In this document: positions 22,282 through 35,989 of the stretch, in pieces
Position numbering within the stretch: the stretch's first letter is position 1
How the letters are laid out: the number at the start of each line of letters is the position of its first letter
NCBI GenBank assembly: GCA_038893355.1
Contig: JAWARQ010000005.1
Location: 64,001 to 128,000, forward strand
Length of the DNA: 64,000 bases
Direction of reading: 5' to 3'
Source of the DNA: Sulfolobaceae archaeon
GTDB lineage: Archaea; Thermoproteota; Thermoprotei_A; Sulfolobales; Sulfolobaceae
Made by a program: the position numbers and the translations under genes
Notes under the pieces: generated by a model
Databases searched by the model: none
Seen by the model: only the letters and a program-made list of their open reading frames with translations
What the model was told of the DNA's origin: nothing

Positions 22282-23390
22282 ATTACTAACTTTTCTTCTA
22301 CTAGCTTGCCATACTTAAATCTATCTGGAGAGAATATATCTAGGTATTTAGACTTTTTACCATCTATTATATAATCTGAAAGTATTTTACCAGAGTATGC
22401 GGAAAACATTGCACCATGCCCACTATAGCCAGCATCTATATATAGTCCTTCTGGCCATTCTTCCCCTTGGCCAATTATATGAGAATGATCCGGAGTCATT
22501 TCATAATATCCACTCCAGCCTCTCAGTATTCCTATCCCTCTAACTCTTTCTACTAAAGATTTTAATGATTTAAGGAACTTTATAATTGCATGAAGTGAAA
22601 CTGTAAGGGGAACAAATCCTCTTCCAGTTGCTTCATCTAAGCCTCCAATAATTTCTCCCTTTAGAGTTTGTGAAAAATAAATTCCGTGCTTGTGGGCTAT
22701 TATTAATGGCTCTATAAAGAATTTTATATCTTCAGTTAGATATAATTCTCTTCTTTCTGGAAATATAGGAATATCTATATTTAGACTCTTAAATAGGGAA
22801 GAGCTCCAGGCGCCTGCTGTAACTATAACTCTTTCAGCTTTAATTAAACTTCCAGAAAGTAATTTAACACCTTTAACTCTTCCGTTTTCTACTAATATCT
22901 TTTCTGCTTTATCATATATAATTTTGTATTTATCTTTTATAAAATTATAATAACTATATAGTAGATAATCATGATGGAATGATCCATTATGAGGTACATA
23001 ATAACATATTTCATCACTTATTGCAAGATAATTAAAATATTCCTTGCATTCTATAAACTTTCCAGAAACGTTGTAATATGCCCACATTGAATGAAGTCTC
23101 TTATATTTGTCTATAATCTCTTCATCGAGTATCCAAAGATATCCGCCAGTATAAATAAGCGGGTTTAAAAATAGTTCCTTACTTTGATTTATTAGATAAT
23201 TTATTGCATCTTTAGCGTATTCTACATTGTATGGATTATAAAAGTTGTACCTAAACCTACCTGCATTTCTACTACTTGAACCATAGCCTATTCTTTTCAT
23301 TTCGACTATAGTGACATCTCTAACACCTTTTTCAAGAAAATGATACGCTAGACTAAGTCCATGTAGACCTGCTCCTATAATTACTATCAT
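22278..23390 (-). CDS. FAD-dependent oxidoreductase (sarcosine oxidase beta / proline dehydrogenase-like)
   Basis: IGAGLHG, GSSSRNAG, YEMTPD and GYSGHG motifs. Confidence 0.85.
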   Translation of the reverse strand: MIVIIGAGLHGLSLAYHFLEKGVRDVTIVEMKRIGYGSSSRNAGRFRYNFYNPYNVEYAKDAINYLINQSKELFLNPLIYTGGYLWILDEEIIDKYKRLHSMWAYYNVSGKFIECKEYFNYLAISDEICYYVPHNGSFHHDYLLYSYYNFIKDKYKIIYDKAEKILVENGRVKGVKLLSGSLIKAERVIVTAGAWSSSLFKSLNIDIPIFPERRELYLTEDIKFFIEPLIIAHKHGIYFSQTLKGEIIGGLDEATGRGFVPLTVSLHAIIKFLKSLKSLVERVRGIGILRGWSGYYEMTPDHSHIIGQGEEWPEGLYIDAGYSGHGAMFSAYSGKILSDYIIDGKKSKYLDIFSPDRFKYGKLVEEKLVI

Positions 23391-24805
23391 TATACTATCA
23401 ACCTATATAACGGTGATCTAAAAGTTATCAGATCATTAGAACTAATAATACTACCTGCAAGGAATGCGCAAATTTTTCCTTGACAAGCTCCAGTAGCTAA
23501 CCCAGTAAATCTCTTAAGATGTTCTACTGTGTTATAGCCTCGATTTAATGCCTCAATTATATCATTATACATGATATCTTCACATTCACAGATATAACCA
23601 TCGTTATCAAAAAGGTACGGAGAGACATAATTATGTTCCCACTTTCCATCATAATAGTTATATAAATATGGCTCATATTTTTTAAGATTTTCTTTAAATT
23701 CATAATCCTTATTTAATAAAAATTTACTAGAAAAATAACTAAGAGATTCTATTGATATCCCTCTCATGCCTCCTACTACAAATACGTTAGGTTTATCAGT
23801 TATTCCAAACAAGTCATGAAATGGTAAATACACATGAGTTAGGTCAAAGAAATTATACGAAACTTCTAAGTTACTACTAATCTCTATCTTAGGTTGCCTT
23901 ACTACTGCATAAACTATAACATCAGCATACCATTCCCCTTTATCTGTAATTATAAAAACTCCTTTATTTTCTTCTTTGAATTTTAATCTCTTTACCCCTA
24001 TTATCTCATAACCCTTCTTCTCTACCTCTTCAAGATAAAATTTACTAAAATATCTAGCACCTTCTTTATGCAGGACTATCGCATTATCTGCATTTAATGC
24101 AGTTCTTAATGCGTCATCTGAAGAACCTAAAACAATTATTCTCTTGTACTTTTTCTTGTTCATTAGGAAGAGATTCCTAGAAATAACTTTAGGATTGTCA
24201 TTACCATTAAATAACGGCAATATATATCGTGATCCAGAAGCCAAAAATATATTCTCTGCATTAATCAATAAAATTTTCGCTCTAGCATCAAAAGCTAACC
24301 CTTCACTAAAATTTCCTAGAAAAATACCATTAATTATCTTTTCTTGATTTTCCTTATAAATAATTTTTAATCTTTTAATAATTTCATTTTTATTAATTAA
24401 AGGATCTTCTGAACTATCATATTCAACGTAACCTAACTCCCTATGACAAATTGCTATAGTATTATCCTTACCCAGTTCTTCTAATATTGATAGGCCAGAA
24501 GATCCACATCCTATTATTAGATTTTTAACTTTAATTGGAAGTATTTCTTTATTTAAGATTGTTTCATTATATTCAGTTGGAATATTTAACAATCTTGCAT
24601 AAGATTTTAAAAGGACTTCAGATCTGGCAATTTTTGAATGAAGTAGAGAGAGCGGTATTCGAATTAATGGAATACCTTCTATTTTCTCACTATCCTCAAA
24701 TCCTGAGTATCTTTTACCATTAATAATAACCTCGGAGTAAGGAGAATCAAAATCAGCATCCTGTAATGATCTAATTCTACCGTGTCTCTTACTTCTAATT
24801 TTCAT
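23390..24805 (-). CDS. Sarcosine oxidase alpha / proline dehydrogenase alpha-like subunit with C-terminal BFD-like Fe-S domain
   Basis: IIGCGSSG; ICECEDI...LKRFTGLATGACQGKIC; R.P C-terminus. Confidence 0.78.
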   Translation of the reverse strand: MKIRSKRHGRIRSLQDADFDSPYSEVIINGKRYSGFEDSEKIEGIPLIRIPLSLLHSKIARSEVLLKSYARLLNIPTEYNETILNKEILPIKVKNLIIGCGSSGLSILEELGKDNTIAICHRELGYVEYDSSEDPLINKNEIIKRLKIIYKENQEKIINGIFLGNFSEGLAFDARAKILLINAENIFLASGSRYILPLFNGNDNPKVISRNLFLMNKKKYKRIIVLGSSDDALRTALNADNAIVLHKEGARYFSKFYLEEVEKKGYEIIGVKRLKFKEENKGVFIITDKGEWYADVIVYAVVRQPKIEISSNLEVSYNFFDLTHVYLPFHDLFGITDKPNVFVVGGMRGISIESLSYFSSKFLLNKDYEFKENLKKYEPYLYNYYDGKWEHNYVSPYLFDNDGYICECEDIMYNDIIEALNRGYNTVEHLKRFTGLATGACQGKICAFLAGSIISSNDLITFRSPLYRLIV

Positions 24806-26391
24806 AAAAGAATATTCCCATCCATCTTTATATTTTCCACATTCATCAGCTTTAATATTGTAGGTGCTATGTCAATAATTCTTGCATTATTGATTCTCTT
24901 TTTTATAATACCTTTACCATAGAATATTACAATACCGTATAGATCGTCCTTTTTATAGTAACCATGATCTGCAGTAATTGTAATATAATGTTCGACCTTT
25001 TCAATTTCATTTTCAGTATCTATACTACTGCTTAATGAATAACCATCCTCTACCCCTACTATAATATCACCTTCACGATCACCTGCAGGAATTTCATTTG
25101 CTATTATCGAAATAAAAATATTTTTTCCATTTTCTGGGTCTTTATAATTTTCTAAGTTTTTTACAATATACCTAACTAATTTAGAATACTCTTCTTGGCT
25201 TACAATACCCCTATCTTCCCTGCCCTTTAAGTTAATTCTTATAATACCGCCTCCTGCATAATACGCCTTAGTCTGTTTCCAATATATTTCATTATTTTTA
25301 ATTTTTAATACATTAATTTTTTCTAATATTTTATTTACATATACTCTTTTTCGAATTTTTTCTATTCCATGATCAGAAACAATAACTATAGTATCACATA
25401 AATTTAAATGAAGTCTTACAAATTCATCAGCATACTCATAAGCTTTAAATATATAGTCAAGTGCCCTGGAATCATTAACTCCATAAAGTAAGTGCTGTAT
25501 ATTATCTACTATAGGAAGATACGTTATAGCAAAGTCCCAATCATAGTTTTGCAGCATATATAAAGAGTAATTCAAGAAAAAATTGTAAGATATTTTTAAA
25601 GTCTCAAAATATTCATTAAAGTTTATTATGCCCTTTGAAAGGGAATAGTAATCACCATCTAACATCATTCCATACTTTTTGCTAACTTTCTCCCAAACTT
25701 CATTACCTACACTTTTATTATTATACCACTCATCATTTAGGAATGAAGGCGGACTTACGTAAATACTATTCCCCTTATTGTATAATATACTTACTGCACG
25801 ATATTCCCTATTCTTACAATTTCCAATAAATTCCACTGGTCTAGACCACTGACCTAAGTCTAATTCTATCTTATCAATACCATTTATAGAAGGATACTCT
25901 ATTTCGGCCTTATTGTTGTTAAAATTTACTGTCCATTTCTTTTCTAATATCATATTCTCGCCAGCCTTTAAAACAAATGGTTTACTACAAATCTTATTCC
26001 TTGCCTTGTATGGATCTAATAGTAAAAGGTTCTTAATATTCCACTTATCTGGAAGTGACTGAGGTGCAGAAAGTACTATTACCTTATAACCCTTTCTAGC
26101 TAGAATACTCCATATTGGTTCAGAGATTAAAGCCTTACTACTGAAAGCAGAGATTGGTGAGGAAATCTTATTCCCCTTAACAAATATCTTTGGATGGGTA
26201 ACACCATTATTTTTAGGTAAATTTCCAGTATATAAAGATGCTAATGCTATTGGAGTTAATGAAGGTATCACACTTTCTAATTTGCTATAAATTCCACTTT
26301 CTGCTAATTCCCCTAATGTTTTTAGTCTATATCTAAATCTCTCGAACATATTATATGCAATACCGTCAATGACAGTCAGTAGAAGTTTCAA
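24802..26391 (-). CDS. Alkaline phosphatase superfamily nucleotide pyrophosphatase/phosphodiesterase
   Basis: IDG, SLTP..ASLYTG, SDHG and DIAPT motifs. Confidence 0.82.
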   Translation of the reverse strand: MKLLLTVIDGIAYNMFERFRYRLKTLGELAESGIYSKLESVIPSLTPIALASLYTGNLPKNNGVTHPKIFVKGNKISSPISAFSSKALISEPIWSILARKGYKVIVLSAPQSLPDKWNIKNLLLLDPYKARNKICSKPFVLKAGENMILEKKWTVNFNNNKAEIEYPSINGIDKIELDLGQWSRPVEFIGNCKNREYRAVSILYNKGNSIYVSPPSFLNDEWYNNKSVGNEVWEKVSKKYGMMLDGDYYSLSKGIINFNEYFETLKISYNFFLNYSLYMLQNYDWDFAITYLPIVDNIQHLLYGVNDSRALDYIFKAYEYADEFVRLHLNLCDTIVIVSDHGIEKIRKRVYVNKILEKINVLKIKNNEIYWKQTKAYYAGGGIIRINLKGREDRGIVSQEEYSKLVRYIVKNLENYKDPENGKNIFISIIANEIPAGDREGDIIVGVEDGYSLSSSIDTENEIEKVEHYITITADHGYYKKDDLYGIVIFYGKGIIKKRINNARIIDIAPTILKLMNVENIKMDGNILL

Positions 26392-26398
26392 TTATTCA

Positions 26399-26665
26399 TC
26401 AACTCTTATCATATATCTTTTTTTCAAGATCTTTTCTAACTTTACTAGGCATAATGAGATTAATGTGAAATCTCCTTATCTTACCATTCTTCTCATAGCT
26501 TAGTATAAACTCATAAAGTCCCTTGTCATCTTGAAATCTACCAAAGGTATCTACTCTATCCTTAAAAGACTGATAAAATTTAATTTCTAAGGATTCTTTA
26601 ATAATATTAGGATATTTTTCGCTTAAAATTTTAAAAACTGTATCCCTAATCTCGGCAATACTCAT
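26399..26665 (-). CDS. Hypothetical protein
   Basis: 88 aa ORF in operon; GGTGA SD 4 nt before ATG. Confidence 0.7.
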   Translation of the reverse strand: MSIAEIRDTVFKILSEKYPNIIKESLEIKFYQSFKDRVDTFGRFQDDKGLYEFILSYEKNGKIRRFHINLIMPSKVRKDLEKKIYDKS

Positions 26666-26669
26666 ATAT

Positions 26670-27338
26670 TCACCTTTTCATGTACTTACTTATAACCTCT
26701 AATATTCCTCCAATATTGTGAACTTTGGCTTCCTCAAACTTTATTCCCAATTTCGATAAAACTTTACTAGTTATAGGACCTATTGAGACTATTAAATAAC
26801 AATCTCCCCTTAAAAATTCCTTAACCGCATTAGCTATTTCACTACTGGTTAAAACCACGATATCTATCTTACAATTTTGTAGGAGATCCTTAGCTTCTTT
26901 CAGCTTAGAATCGTCTAATATCAATTCATAATTATGTATCTCAAGATACTTAATATTCTTAAGTATCTCCCTCATTATATTGTTAGCATTTTTACTCCTA
27001 AATACTATTATACTATTCACTCCACTATTTAGTATTAAATTTGCAAGATCTTTAGTTGTATATTCAACGGGGTACTTAATATTATTCACTTTTACGTATT
27101 TCTTTAAATAATCTGCAGTTGATGAACCAACGGTGAAAATTAGCTTGTTCTTAATCTCCTCATAATCATTAAAACATTTTATTGCATTTATACTCGTAAA
27201 TCCTATTGCCTCAAATTCAGAATACCTTGGTTTCTCGTATTTTATACATTCTGGTCTAAATATCTCGATATTTATAATGTCTATTCCAGTAATAGAAGGA
27301 ATTTGGGAGCCTTGAGGTCTAAGAAATAATACCCTCAT
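26670..27338 (-). CDS. hemD: Uroporphyrinogen-III synthase
   Basis: FTS.NA, VG..TA, LTSS and SIGPIT motifs; hem operon context. Confidence 0.88.
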   Translation of the reverse strand: MRVLFLRPQGSQIPSITGIDIINIEIFRPECIKYEKPRYSEFEAIGFTSINAIKCFNDYEEIKNKLIFTVGSSTADYLKKYVKVNNIKYPVEYTTKDLANLILNSGVNSIIVFRSKNANNIMREILKNIKYLEIHNYELILDDSKLKEAKDLLQNCKIDIVVLTSSEIANAVKEFLRGDCYLIVSIGPITSKVLSKLGIKFEEAKVHNIGGILEVISKYMKR

Positions 27339-28200
27339 TTTTAAGTAAATTTAACATAGTCTTCCCTAATAAATTGCCTACATCAACTGGGCTACCACTC
27401 TTCGCTATTGTTACAACTATTCTCTTTTTAGGAGTAACATAATTCATTATTCCTATAAATTCATTGCCCTCTTTCCTAAATAACACACCTAAAGGAGAGT
27501 GACATCCACCACCTATTACATTAATCGCAGTTCTTTCAGCAATTGCCTCTTCAAGGGTTTCTTCATGATTTATCTTACTAATAATCTTCTTTAGTTCGAC
27601 GTCCTTTTTCTTGCCTACTACTGCTATAATACCTTGATTAGCTTCGGGAGTAAAATCGTAAGGGTTAAGTGTAAAATACCTTATATCCTCCTTTAGTCTT
27701 AATATGGACGCTTCTGCTACTATTATACCATCATATAATCCATCTTTATACTTTCTTAGCCTAGTATCTACATTACCCCTTAGATCTTTAACTTCTAAAT
27801 CTTCTCTATAGAATTTAACTAAATATTTACGCCTAGTACTACTAGTACCTATTATGCTTCCACTTTCAAGTCTCCAAAAATCCTTTTGTGCTATAAGAAC
27901 ATCATATGGTGAATCTCGTTTTAATACTGCAAATATTTCAAGCTCAGGGTTTAAGGTTGAAGTTAGATCTTTCATACTATGTACTGCAATATCAGCATAA
28001 CCATTTAATACTGCTTCGTTTACCTCTTTTTCAAATACTCCTTTCCCCAGCTTATATAATGGTTCATTTTGGAATAAGTCTGCCCTTGTCTTTATTTCTA
28101 TAAACTCTGTCTCTATTCCTAACTTTTCTAATTCTCTACTAACCATTTGAACCTGAATTTTACTTAACTTACTACCTCTTGATGCAATTTTTATCTTCAT
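27319..28200 (-). CDS. hemC: Hydroxymethylbilane synthase (porphobilinogen deaminase)
   Basis: SRGSKLS, VHSMKD, GTSS.RR, RGNVDTR and GGCHSP motifs. Confidence 0.95.
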   Translation of the reverse strand: MKIKIASRGSKLSKIQVQMVSRELEKLGIETEFIEIKTRADLFQNEPLYKLGKGVFEKEVNEAVLNGYADIAVHSMKDLTSTLNPELEIFAVLKRDSPYDVLIAQKDFWRLESGSIIGTSSTRRKYLVKFYREDLEVKDLRGNVDTRLRKYKDGLYDGIIVAEASILRLKEDIRYFTLNPYDFTPEANQGIIAVVGKKKDVELKKIISKINHEETLEEAIAERTAINVIGGGCHSPLGVLFRKEGNEFIGIMNYVTPKKRIVVTIAKSGSPVDVGNLLGKTMLNLLKNEGIIS

Positions 28201-29444
28201 ATATTCTTAATCGCCTCCTTTATAGCGTTAATAGTTATGTCAATTACACTCTCATCATGGACTCCAGAAGTGAATATAACTTCAAATTGACTATGTGGAA
28301 TAAAGATATCTCTCTTCAATAATTCTTGTGCAAACTTAATATATTTCTCCCTATTAGCTTTTCTTACATCCTTAGCATTCCTTACTTGTTTAACATCAAA
28401 AAATATTTGAAACATGCTTGCTACTCTATTTAATACAAAATCACCCTTATAGAGCCTTTCTAATTCTGATGTAATCACCTTGCAGGCATTGTTAGCGATC
28501 TCGTATACTTTCTCTTTCTCTAAAACTTCCAGTGTAGATAAGCCTGCAATCATAGAAATTGGATGTGCGTTAAAAGTACCAGCATTAAATACTTTTCCTT
28601 TAGGTGTTATCATATCAATTATCTCGTTTTTAGAAGCTACAGCACCTATGGGAAAACCTCCACCAATAATCTTTCCTAATGTGACAATATCCGCCCTTAT
28701 CCCAAAATATTCTTGAGCACCACCTAAACCAAGCCTAAATCCAGTTATAACTTCATCGAAAATTAATAGAGAACCATAATTTTTAGTTAATTCTCTTAAA
28801 CCTTTTAAAAACTCAATATCTGGTAATATTAGACCGAAGTTACCAGCTATAGGTTCTACAATTACGGCTGCAAATTCTTCAGTTTTTAATTTCTTCTCGA
28901 CACATTCAATATCATTATAATCACAAACTTCAGTTAGTTTTACAACTTCCTCTGGAATTCCAGAGGAAATTGGTACATTATATTCACTTGCAGAACTCCC
29001 TGCATCTATCAAGAGAAAGTCATGGGCACCATGATAATTACCGTCAAATTTTAGGATTTTTTTCCTGCCAGTATATGCTCTAGCCAACCTTATCGCTAAA
29101 AGTGTAGCTTCAGTACCGCTATTTACAAATCTAATCTTATCCATTTTCACATATTTCAATATTTTTTTAGCTAAGTCTATTTCGAACTTAGTAGGAGTCC
29201 CGAATATCCAACCATCTTCAATTGCCTGTTTTATACTCTCAACAACTTTAGGATGTGCGTGACCTAATATCAACGGTCCATAAGCTAAGACGTAATCTAT
29301 TAATTTCCTCCCTTCTATAGTAAAAAGAAAGGGACCCTTACCACCTTTAACGTAAAATGGATAAGGTTTAACTGATGCCCTTACTGGACTATTAACTCCC
29401 CCTGCGAATATTTTTTGAGCCTCTTCCCAAAGCTTTTCACTCAA
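28197..29444 (-). CDS. hemL: Glutamate-1-semialdehyde 2,1-aminomutase
   Basis: [22 protein letters not shown] and GKIIGGG motifs. Confidence 0.96.
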   Translation of the reverse strand: MSEKLWEEAQKIFAGGVNSPVRASVKPYPFYVKGGKGPFLFTIEGRKLIDYVLAYGPLILGHAHPKVVESIKQAIEDGWIFGTPTKFEIDLAKKILKYVKMDKIRFVNSGTEATLLAIRLARAYTGRKKILKFDGNYHGAHDFLLIDAGSSASEYNVPISSGIPEEVVKLTEVCDYNDIECVEKKLKTEEFAAVIVEPIAGNFGLILPDIEFLKGLRELTKNYGSLLIFDEVITGFRLGLGGAQEYFGIRADIVTLGKIIGGGFPIGAVASKNEIIDMITPKGKVFNAGTFNAHPISMIAGLSTLEVLEKEKVYEIANNACKVITSELERLYKGDFVLNRVASMFQIFFDVKQVRNAKDVRKANREKYIKFAQELLKRDIFIPHSQFEVIFTSGVHDESVIDITINAIKEAIKNI

Positions 29445-30451
29445 AAAGGCACACCTTCACTAATCCACTTAGCGATATCCCTAGCATAATATGTTATTAT
29501 CAAATCAGCACCAGCCCTTTTAATTGCAGTAGTAATTTCTAATACTGCAACTTTTTCATCTATCCAGCCGTTTAATGCGGCTGCTTTAATCATTGCATAT
29601 TCCCCGCTCACATGATATGCAGCTAATGGATATTGAGGATATGTTGATTTTACTAGTCTAATTATATCTAAGTATGTATGAGCTGGTTTTACCATTAATA
29701 TATCTGCACCTTCTTTAATATCAAGCTCTACTTCTTTAAGAGCTTCATAAGCATTTCTTGGATCCATTTGATATGATCTCCTATCGCCAAATGCAGGCTT
29801 AGAATATGCTGCATCCCTAAATGGTGAATAAAATGTAGAGGCATACTTTACACTATATGACATTATTAAAGTATCTTGATAACCATTCTGATCTAAAACC
29901 TTTCTAATCTCCCCTACTACTCCATCCATCATACTAGATGGCGCTATAATATCAGCCCCCGCTTCAGCCTGGCTAAGAGCAATTTTTGCATGCAACTTTA
30001 TACTCTCGTCATTATCAATACAATAACCACCATTATACTGCCTTACAATTCCACAGTGACCATGTGAGGCGTATTCGTCAGTACACTCGTCAGCTATTAG
30101 TATTATAGAATCTCCAAATGTTTCTCTCAATAATCTGATACTTCTTTGTATTATACCATTCTTGTCAAAAGCACTAGTAGCTAGTTCATCTTTATACTTT
30201 GGAATTCCAAATAATATGAAACTTCTTAAACCTAGTTCTTTACTATCTTCAACATATTTTATCAGTTTATCATTGGGTGGATATCTAAAAACTCCTGGCA
30301 TTGACTGAATGGGTTCTGGTTCATTAATTTCCTCCTTGATAAATATGGGTAAAATAAGGTTCTTTACATTAATATAAGTTTCAGCTATTAGGTCTCTTAA
30401 TAGTTTGTTCCTTCTTAGCCTCCTCGGCCTTAAAATTGGAAATTGTGCCAT
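29441..30451 (-). CDS. hemB: Porphobilinogen synthase
   Basis: RPRRLR, HGHCG, SYQMD, MVKP and YHVSGEY motifs. Confidence 0.96.
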   Translation of the reverse strand: MAQFPILRPRRLRRNKLLRDLIAETYINVKNLILPIFIKEEINEPEPIQSMPGVFRYPPNDKLIKYVEDSKELGLRSFILFGIPKYKDELATSAFDKNGIIQRSIRLLRETFGDSIILIADECTDEYASHGHCGIVRQYNGGYCIDNDESIKLHAKIALSQAEAGADIIAPSSMMDGVVGEIRKVLDQNGYQDTLIMSYSVKYASTFYSPFRDAAYSKPAFGDRRSYQMDPRNAYEALKEVELDIKEGADILMVKPAHTYLDIIRLVKSTYPQYPLAAYHVSGEYAMIKAAALNGWIDEKVAVLEITTAIKRAGADLIITYYARDIAKWISEGVPF

Positions 30452-31667
30452 TATTAAAAAATTCTAATATGAGGTTAATGTAGTTTAATTCTCCGCTTTC
30501 TATTAGTCTTTTTACATTATTATATAAGGGTGAGAAGGATTTTTTAATAATCGATCTTGACATTAAATCAATAACTCTGAAAATTTCTTCTTCATTTTTA
30601 GCCTTTTTTAACTCTCTCATAGCCCTCATAACTTCGTTAGTTCTAATTTCTTCTATTCTTGACAATAATTTAGAAAGGAACATATTAATATAAACTTTCT
30701 TATAATCTTCGATAAATAATGTAAAACCTTTATTTATAATTTCTTCAGCCTTCCTTAAATCCTCCTCCCTTTTTTTAATATTTAATAAAGCTAAAGTCTT
30801 TAAACCTTCCAAGGTAATAACATTATCGCCATAAAATACTTGAGGTACAGATAAATCTACAATAATTTTCGGTCCATAGAGGTAATACTTTAAATTTGAA
30901 TCATTATTTATTGCACTAAACACAATATCATAATTATTTATTTTTTCAAAATCTAAACTTTCATATCCAATAAAATTAAATTTTTTTGCTAACTTTTCAG
31001 CTTTTTCTATAGTTCTATTAAATATAGTAACATTTTTTGTCTTTTTACTTATCAAATACGCAATTTTACTTGCAATTTCACCCGCTCCTACAATTGCAAT
31101 CTTATAATTACTAATATCACCTAACTCTTTCTCTACTAACTCTAGAGCTAAAGAGTAAGTACCAACTTTACCCTTAGAAATATTTGTTAAACTCCTAACC
31201 TCCTTGCTTACTTTAAGTGCTCTTTCGTATAACAACCTTATGTATCTACCACTTAAGTTTAGCTTTTCTGAAAACTCTAGACTTTGCTTAAATTGTCTAA
31301 TGATTTCAAATTCACCTATTGATAAAGACTCCATGCCCGAGGCAACTCTAAATGAATGTTTTATCGCATTGGAACCTAATAGCACTAGCCCCTTATCGCT
31401 TATGGGGTATGGATGGATTGAATTAAGTAAATCTAGAATACCTTCAGCAACTTCAATATTCTTTAAGTCCTGTGAATAACCATATATTTCTATTCTATTA
31501 CAAGTTTGGAGAATACTCAATTCTATATTTCTCTGTTTTATATAATCCTTGATATTATTAATCTCCTTCTCATTAATGTAATAGTTATGAAGTTTAGAAA
31601 TTTCTATATTCTTATAATTGAAAGTAATCGCAAAATACCTATTCTCAATCTCTTCTAGAATATTCAC
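30381..31667 (-). CDS. hemA: Glutamyl-tRNA reductase
   Basis: QTCNRIEIY, FRVASGMES..GE, VGAGEI and DLSVP motifs. Confidence 0.93.
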   Translation of the reverse strand: MNILEEIENRYFAITFNYKNIEISKLHNYYINEKEINNIKDYIKQRNIELSILQTCNRIEIYGYSQDLKNIEVAEGILDLLNSIHPYPISDKGLVLLGSNAIKHSFRVASGMESLSIGEFEIIRQFKQSLEFSEKLNLSGRYIRLLYERALKVSKEVRSLTNISKGKVGTYSLALELVEKELGDISNYKIAIVGAGEIASKIAYLISKKTKNVTIFNRTIEKAEKLAKKFNFIGYESLDFEKINNYDIVFSAINNDSNLKYYLYGPKIIVDLSVPQVFYGDNVITLEGLKTLALLNIKKREEDLRKAEEIINKGFTLFIEDYKKVYINMFLSKLLSRIEEIRTNEVMRAMRELKKAKNEEEIFRVIDLMSRSIIKKSFSPLYNNVKRLIESGELNYINLILEFFNNGTISNFKAEEAKKEQTIKRPNS

Positions 31668-32307
31668 TTATTATCTCCTCCGCTCTCTTAAACGCTTTGA
31701 ATTTGTCACCCTCAAATATAAATCTTTCAAATAATGGATCATTAAAAATTACTTGATAAATTTTAAATCGTTTAGAAGGATCTTTTATTCTCTCCTTTAA
31801 TATTTTCTTTACATCCCCCATTACATTTAGGAGATTCTTAATATTTTTTTCATTAATTATATTTAAAATTCGATTTAAAATTAATTTTGCAGTTAAACTC
31901 GATTTACCAAATGTAGTTATTGCTACTTCTACCTCATTATTATCATAGAAAATTGGAAAAATAAATGAAGAATTTTCGACATTAGTTGGATTATTACATA
32001 ATTTTCTTAATTTTTTAACATTAGTACATAAGTTTTCATTTAGAGATTTATCATTAGTTGCAGTAACTATTATATCAAATCTTTTTAAGAACTCCTCTGA
32101 AAGGTTTCTTGCATCATATATTACGATATCTAAATTTTCCTTGTTCTCTAATAATTCTTTAGAAACATCTAGACTAATTACAGTAACTCTGGAACCATAA
32201 TTTGCAAATTTTAGAGCCCTTTTACTTCCTACCTTACCACCGCCTATTACAAGTACCTTAAGGCCTGTAGCCCTTATAAATATTGGAAGGAATCCAGAGT
32301 TCTCCAC
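31645..32307 (-). CDS. sirC: Precorrin-2 dehydrogenase/sirohydrochlorin ferrochelatase (SirC/CysG-N)
   Basis: VLVIGGGKVG, ATND and ITT.GKS motifs; first gene of hem cluster. Confidence 0.88.
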   Translation of the reverse strand: MENSGFLPIFIRATGLKVLVIGGGKVGSKRALKFANYGSRVTVISLDVSKELLENKENLDIVIYDARNLSEEFLKRFDIIVTATNDKSLNENLCTNVKKLRKLCNNPTNVENSSFIFPIFYDNNEVEVAITTFGKSSLTAKLILNRILNIINEKNIKNLLNVMGDVKKILKERIKDPSKRFKIYQVIFNDPLFERFIFEGDKFKAFKRAEEIISEYSRRD

Positions 32308-32336
32308 TATTTCTCTTTACCATCAGAGTTATTAAT

Positions 32337-33401
32337 TTATAACCACATATCTAATCCAGTCTGCTTGCTAGCCTGAATTGCAAATCTTATTCCCCTTTCT
32401 AACCTACTTATACCATTGCTAACCCTCTCCTCATTAAAATCATGCTCTTTCACAAGAATCTCTATAATTCTTTTATCATCTATGGTTCCTAACTCTAACT
32501 TTTCTTGGGGAATTTCCACTGGTGGTTGTAAGAAAAATCGTCTAATTTCTTCAAAATTAAAGTCTACTTCGTGTTTAGGTATTGCATTTCTTTCTAAGGC
32601 TTTCTCTATTGAACCATATTTTTTAATAATCTGATATGCGGTCTTTGGACCTATACCCCTTACTCCATCAGGATTATAATCCGTTCCTATTAGTATGCCT
32701 ATGTCAATTAATTGCTCCCTAGTAATTCCTAACTTTTTCAAAACAGTTTCTAACTCAATAAGTTCTGGTTTTATTTCTACATAAGCTTCCTTTCCAGGGA
32801 GTTTCCTTTTACCACTTACTGTTAAATTTCTAATTAACCTTATTGCACCAAAGAGTAATGAGTCATAATCTTGACTCCCTGCAGCATAAGAATAACCTTT
32901 TTGATTTAAAAATGCAGCCTCTGCCTCTCCTTCTGACGGTGCTTGAACGACTGGTATACCCATTGCTTTAAGCAATTCTTTAGCTTGATTGACCATTTCA
33001 TTAGTTAAAGAGATTGAGGCTTGAGCATATTTCTTTAACTCGTGCTTATATACTGGTAATTGTTCTGACTTAATTTGTTCCATTTTCTTTCTAGCCTCTT
33101 CTCTGGCCTTTCTACGTTTTTCAATCTCTTGCATTTTGAATTCGGGTGGTTTACCATCAAAGACATATATTGGAATAATACCCTCTTCTAGAAGATTAAT
33201 AGTTCTATAAAATACCCCACTTAGATGGCTAGTAATATTACCCCTTCTATCCATGAGAGGAGTCCCATCAGGCTGTCTAATTGCGGCAAGAAATTGATAT
33301 AAAGCGTTGTAAGCATCTACTGTAATTTTCTTTCCTTTTATCTGAGAAAATGATATTTCCCTCTTTATATCTTCAATAAGTTCAGATAAATTTACTCCTA
33401 T
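32337..33401 (-). CDS. fen: Flap endonuclease 1 (full length needs non-canonical ATA start at 33401)
   Basis: Open frame extends 49 codons upstream of ATG 33254 and gives the conserved GV.L...DAYNALYQFLAAIRQPDGTPL; EGEAEAA, SQDYD, GTDYN and C-terminal PIP box QTGLDMWL. Confidence 0.93.
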   Translation of the reverse strand: MGVNLSELIEDIKREISFSQIKGKKITVDAYNALYQFLAAIRQPDGTPLMDRRGNITSHLSGVFYRTINLLEEGIIPIYVFDGKPPEFKMQEIEKRRKAREEARKKMEQIKSEQLPVYKHELKKYAQASISLTNEMVNQAKELLKAMGIPVVQAPSEGEAEAAFLNQKGYSYAAGSQDYDSLLFGAIRLIRNLTVSGKRKLPGKEAYVEIKPELIELETVLKKLGITREQLIDIGILIGTDYNPDGVRGIGPKTAYQIIKKYGSIEKALERNAIPKHEVDFNFEEIRRFFLQPPVEIPQEKLELGTIDDKRIIEILVKEHDFNEERVSNGISRLERGIRFAIQASKQTGLDMWL

Positions 33402-33628
33402 TCTTTTTCACCTAAATAAGTTATCATTCTTTGCCCCTCTTTAATTAATGTTACTGATATAAAACCGCTCATTTCAAGGCTCATAATAGCCTTTAGAAAT
33501 TCACCATAAGAAAATTCGTACCTAACAGACTCCTTAATTTCTTGATATAGGTCAGTATCTTTTATTGGTTTTCCTAACTTTCTTATCCTTTCAAGTATAA
33601 CATACTTTAAAGGTACTTCTCTCCACAT
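33398..33628 (-). CDS. Small winged-helix hypothetical protein
   Basis: 76 aa; EF.KAIM.LE..G.I.V wHTH pattern; between cdc48 and fen. Confidence 0.72.
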   Translation of the reverse strand: MWREVPLKYVILERIRKLGKPIKDTDLYQEIKESVRYEFSYGEFLKAIMSLEMSGFISVTLIKEGQRMITYLGEKE

Positions 33629-33632
33629 ATTC

Positions 33633-35939
<2,307 letters not shown>

Positions 35940-35989
35940 GACTTAATCCCAATTAGAAATTATGTAAATAAGGTTATAAGAGATTATGG

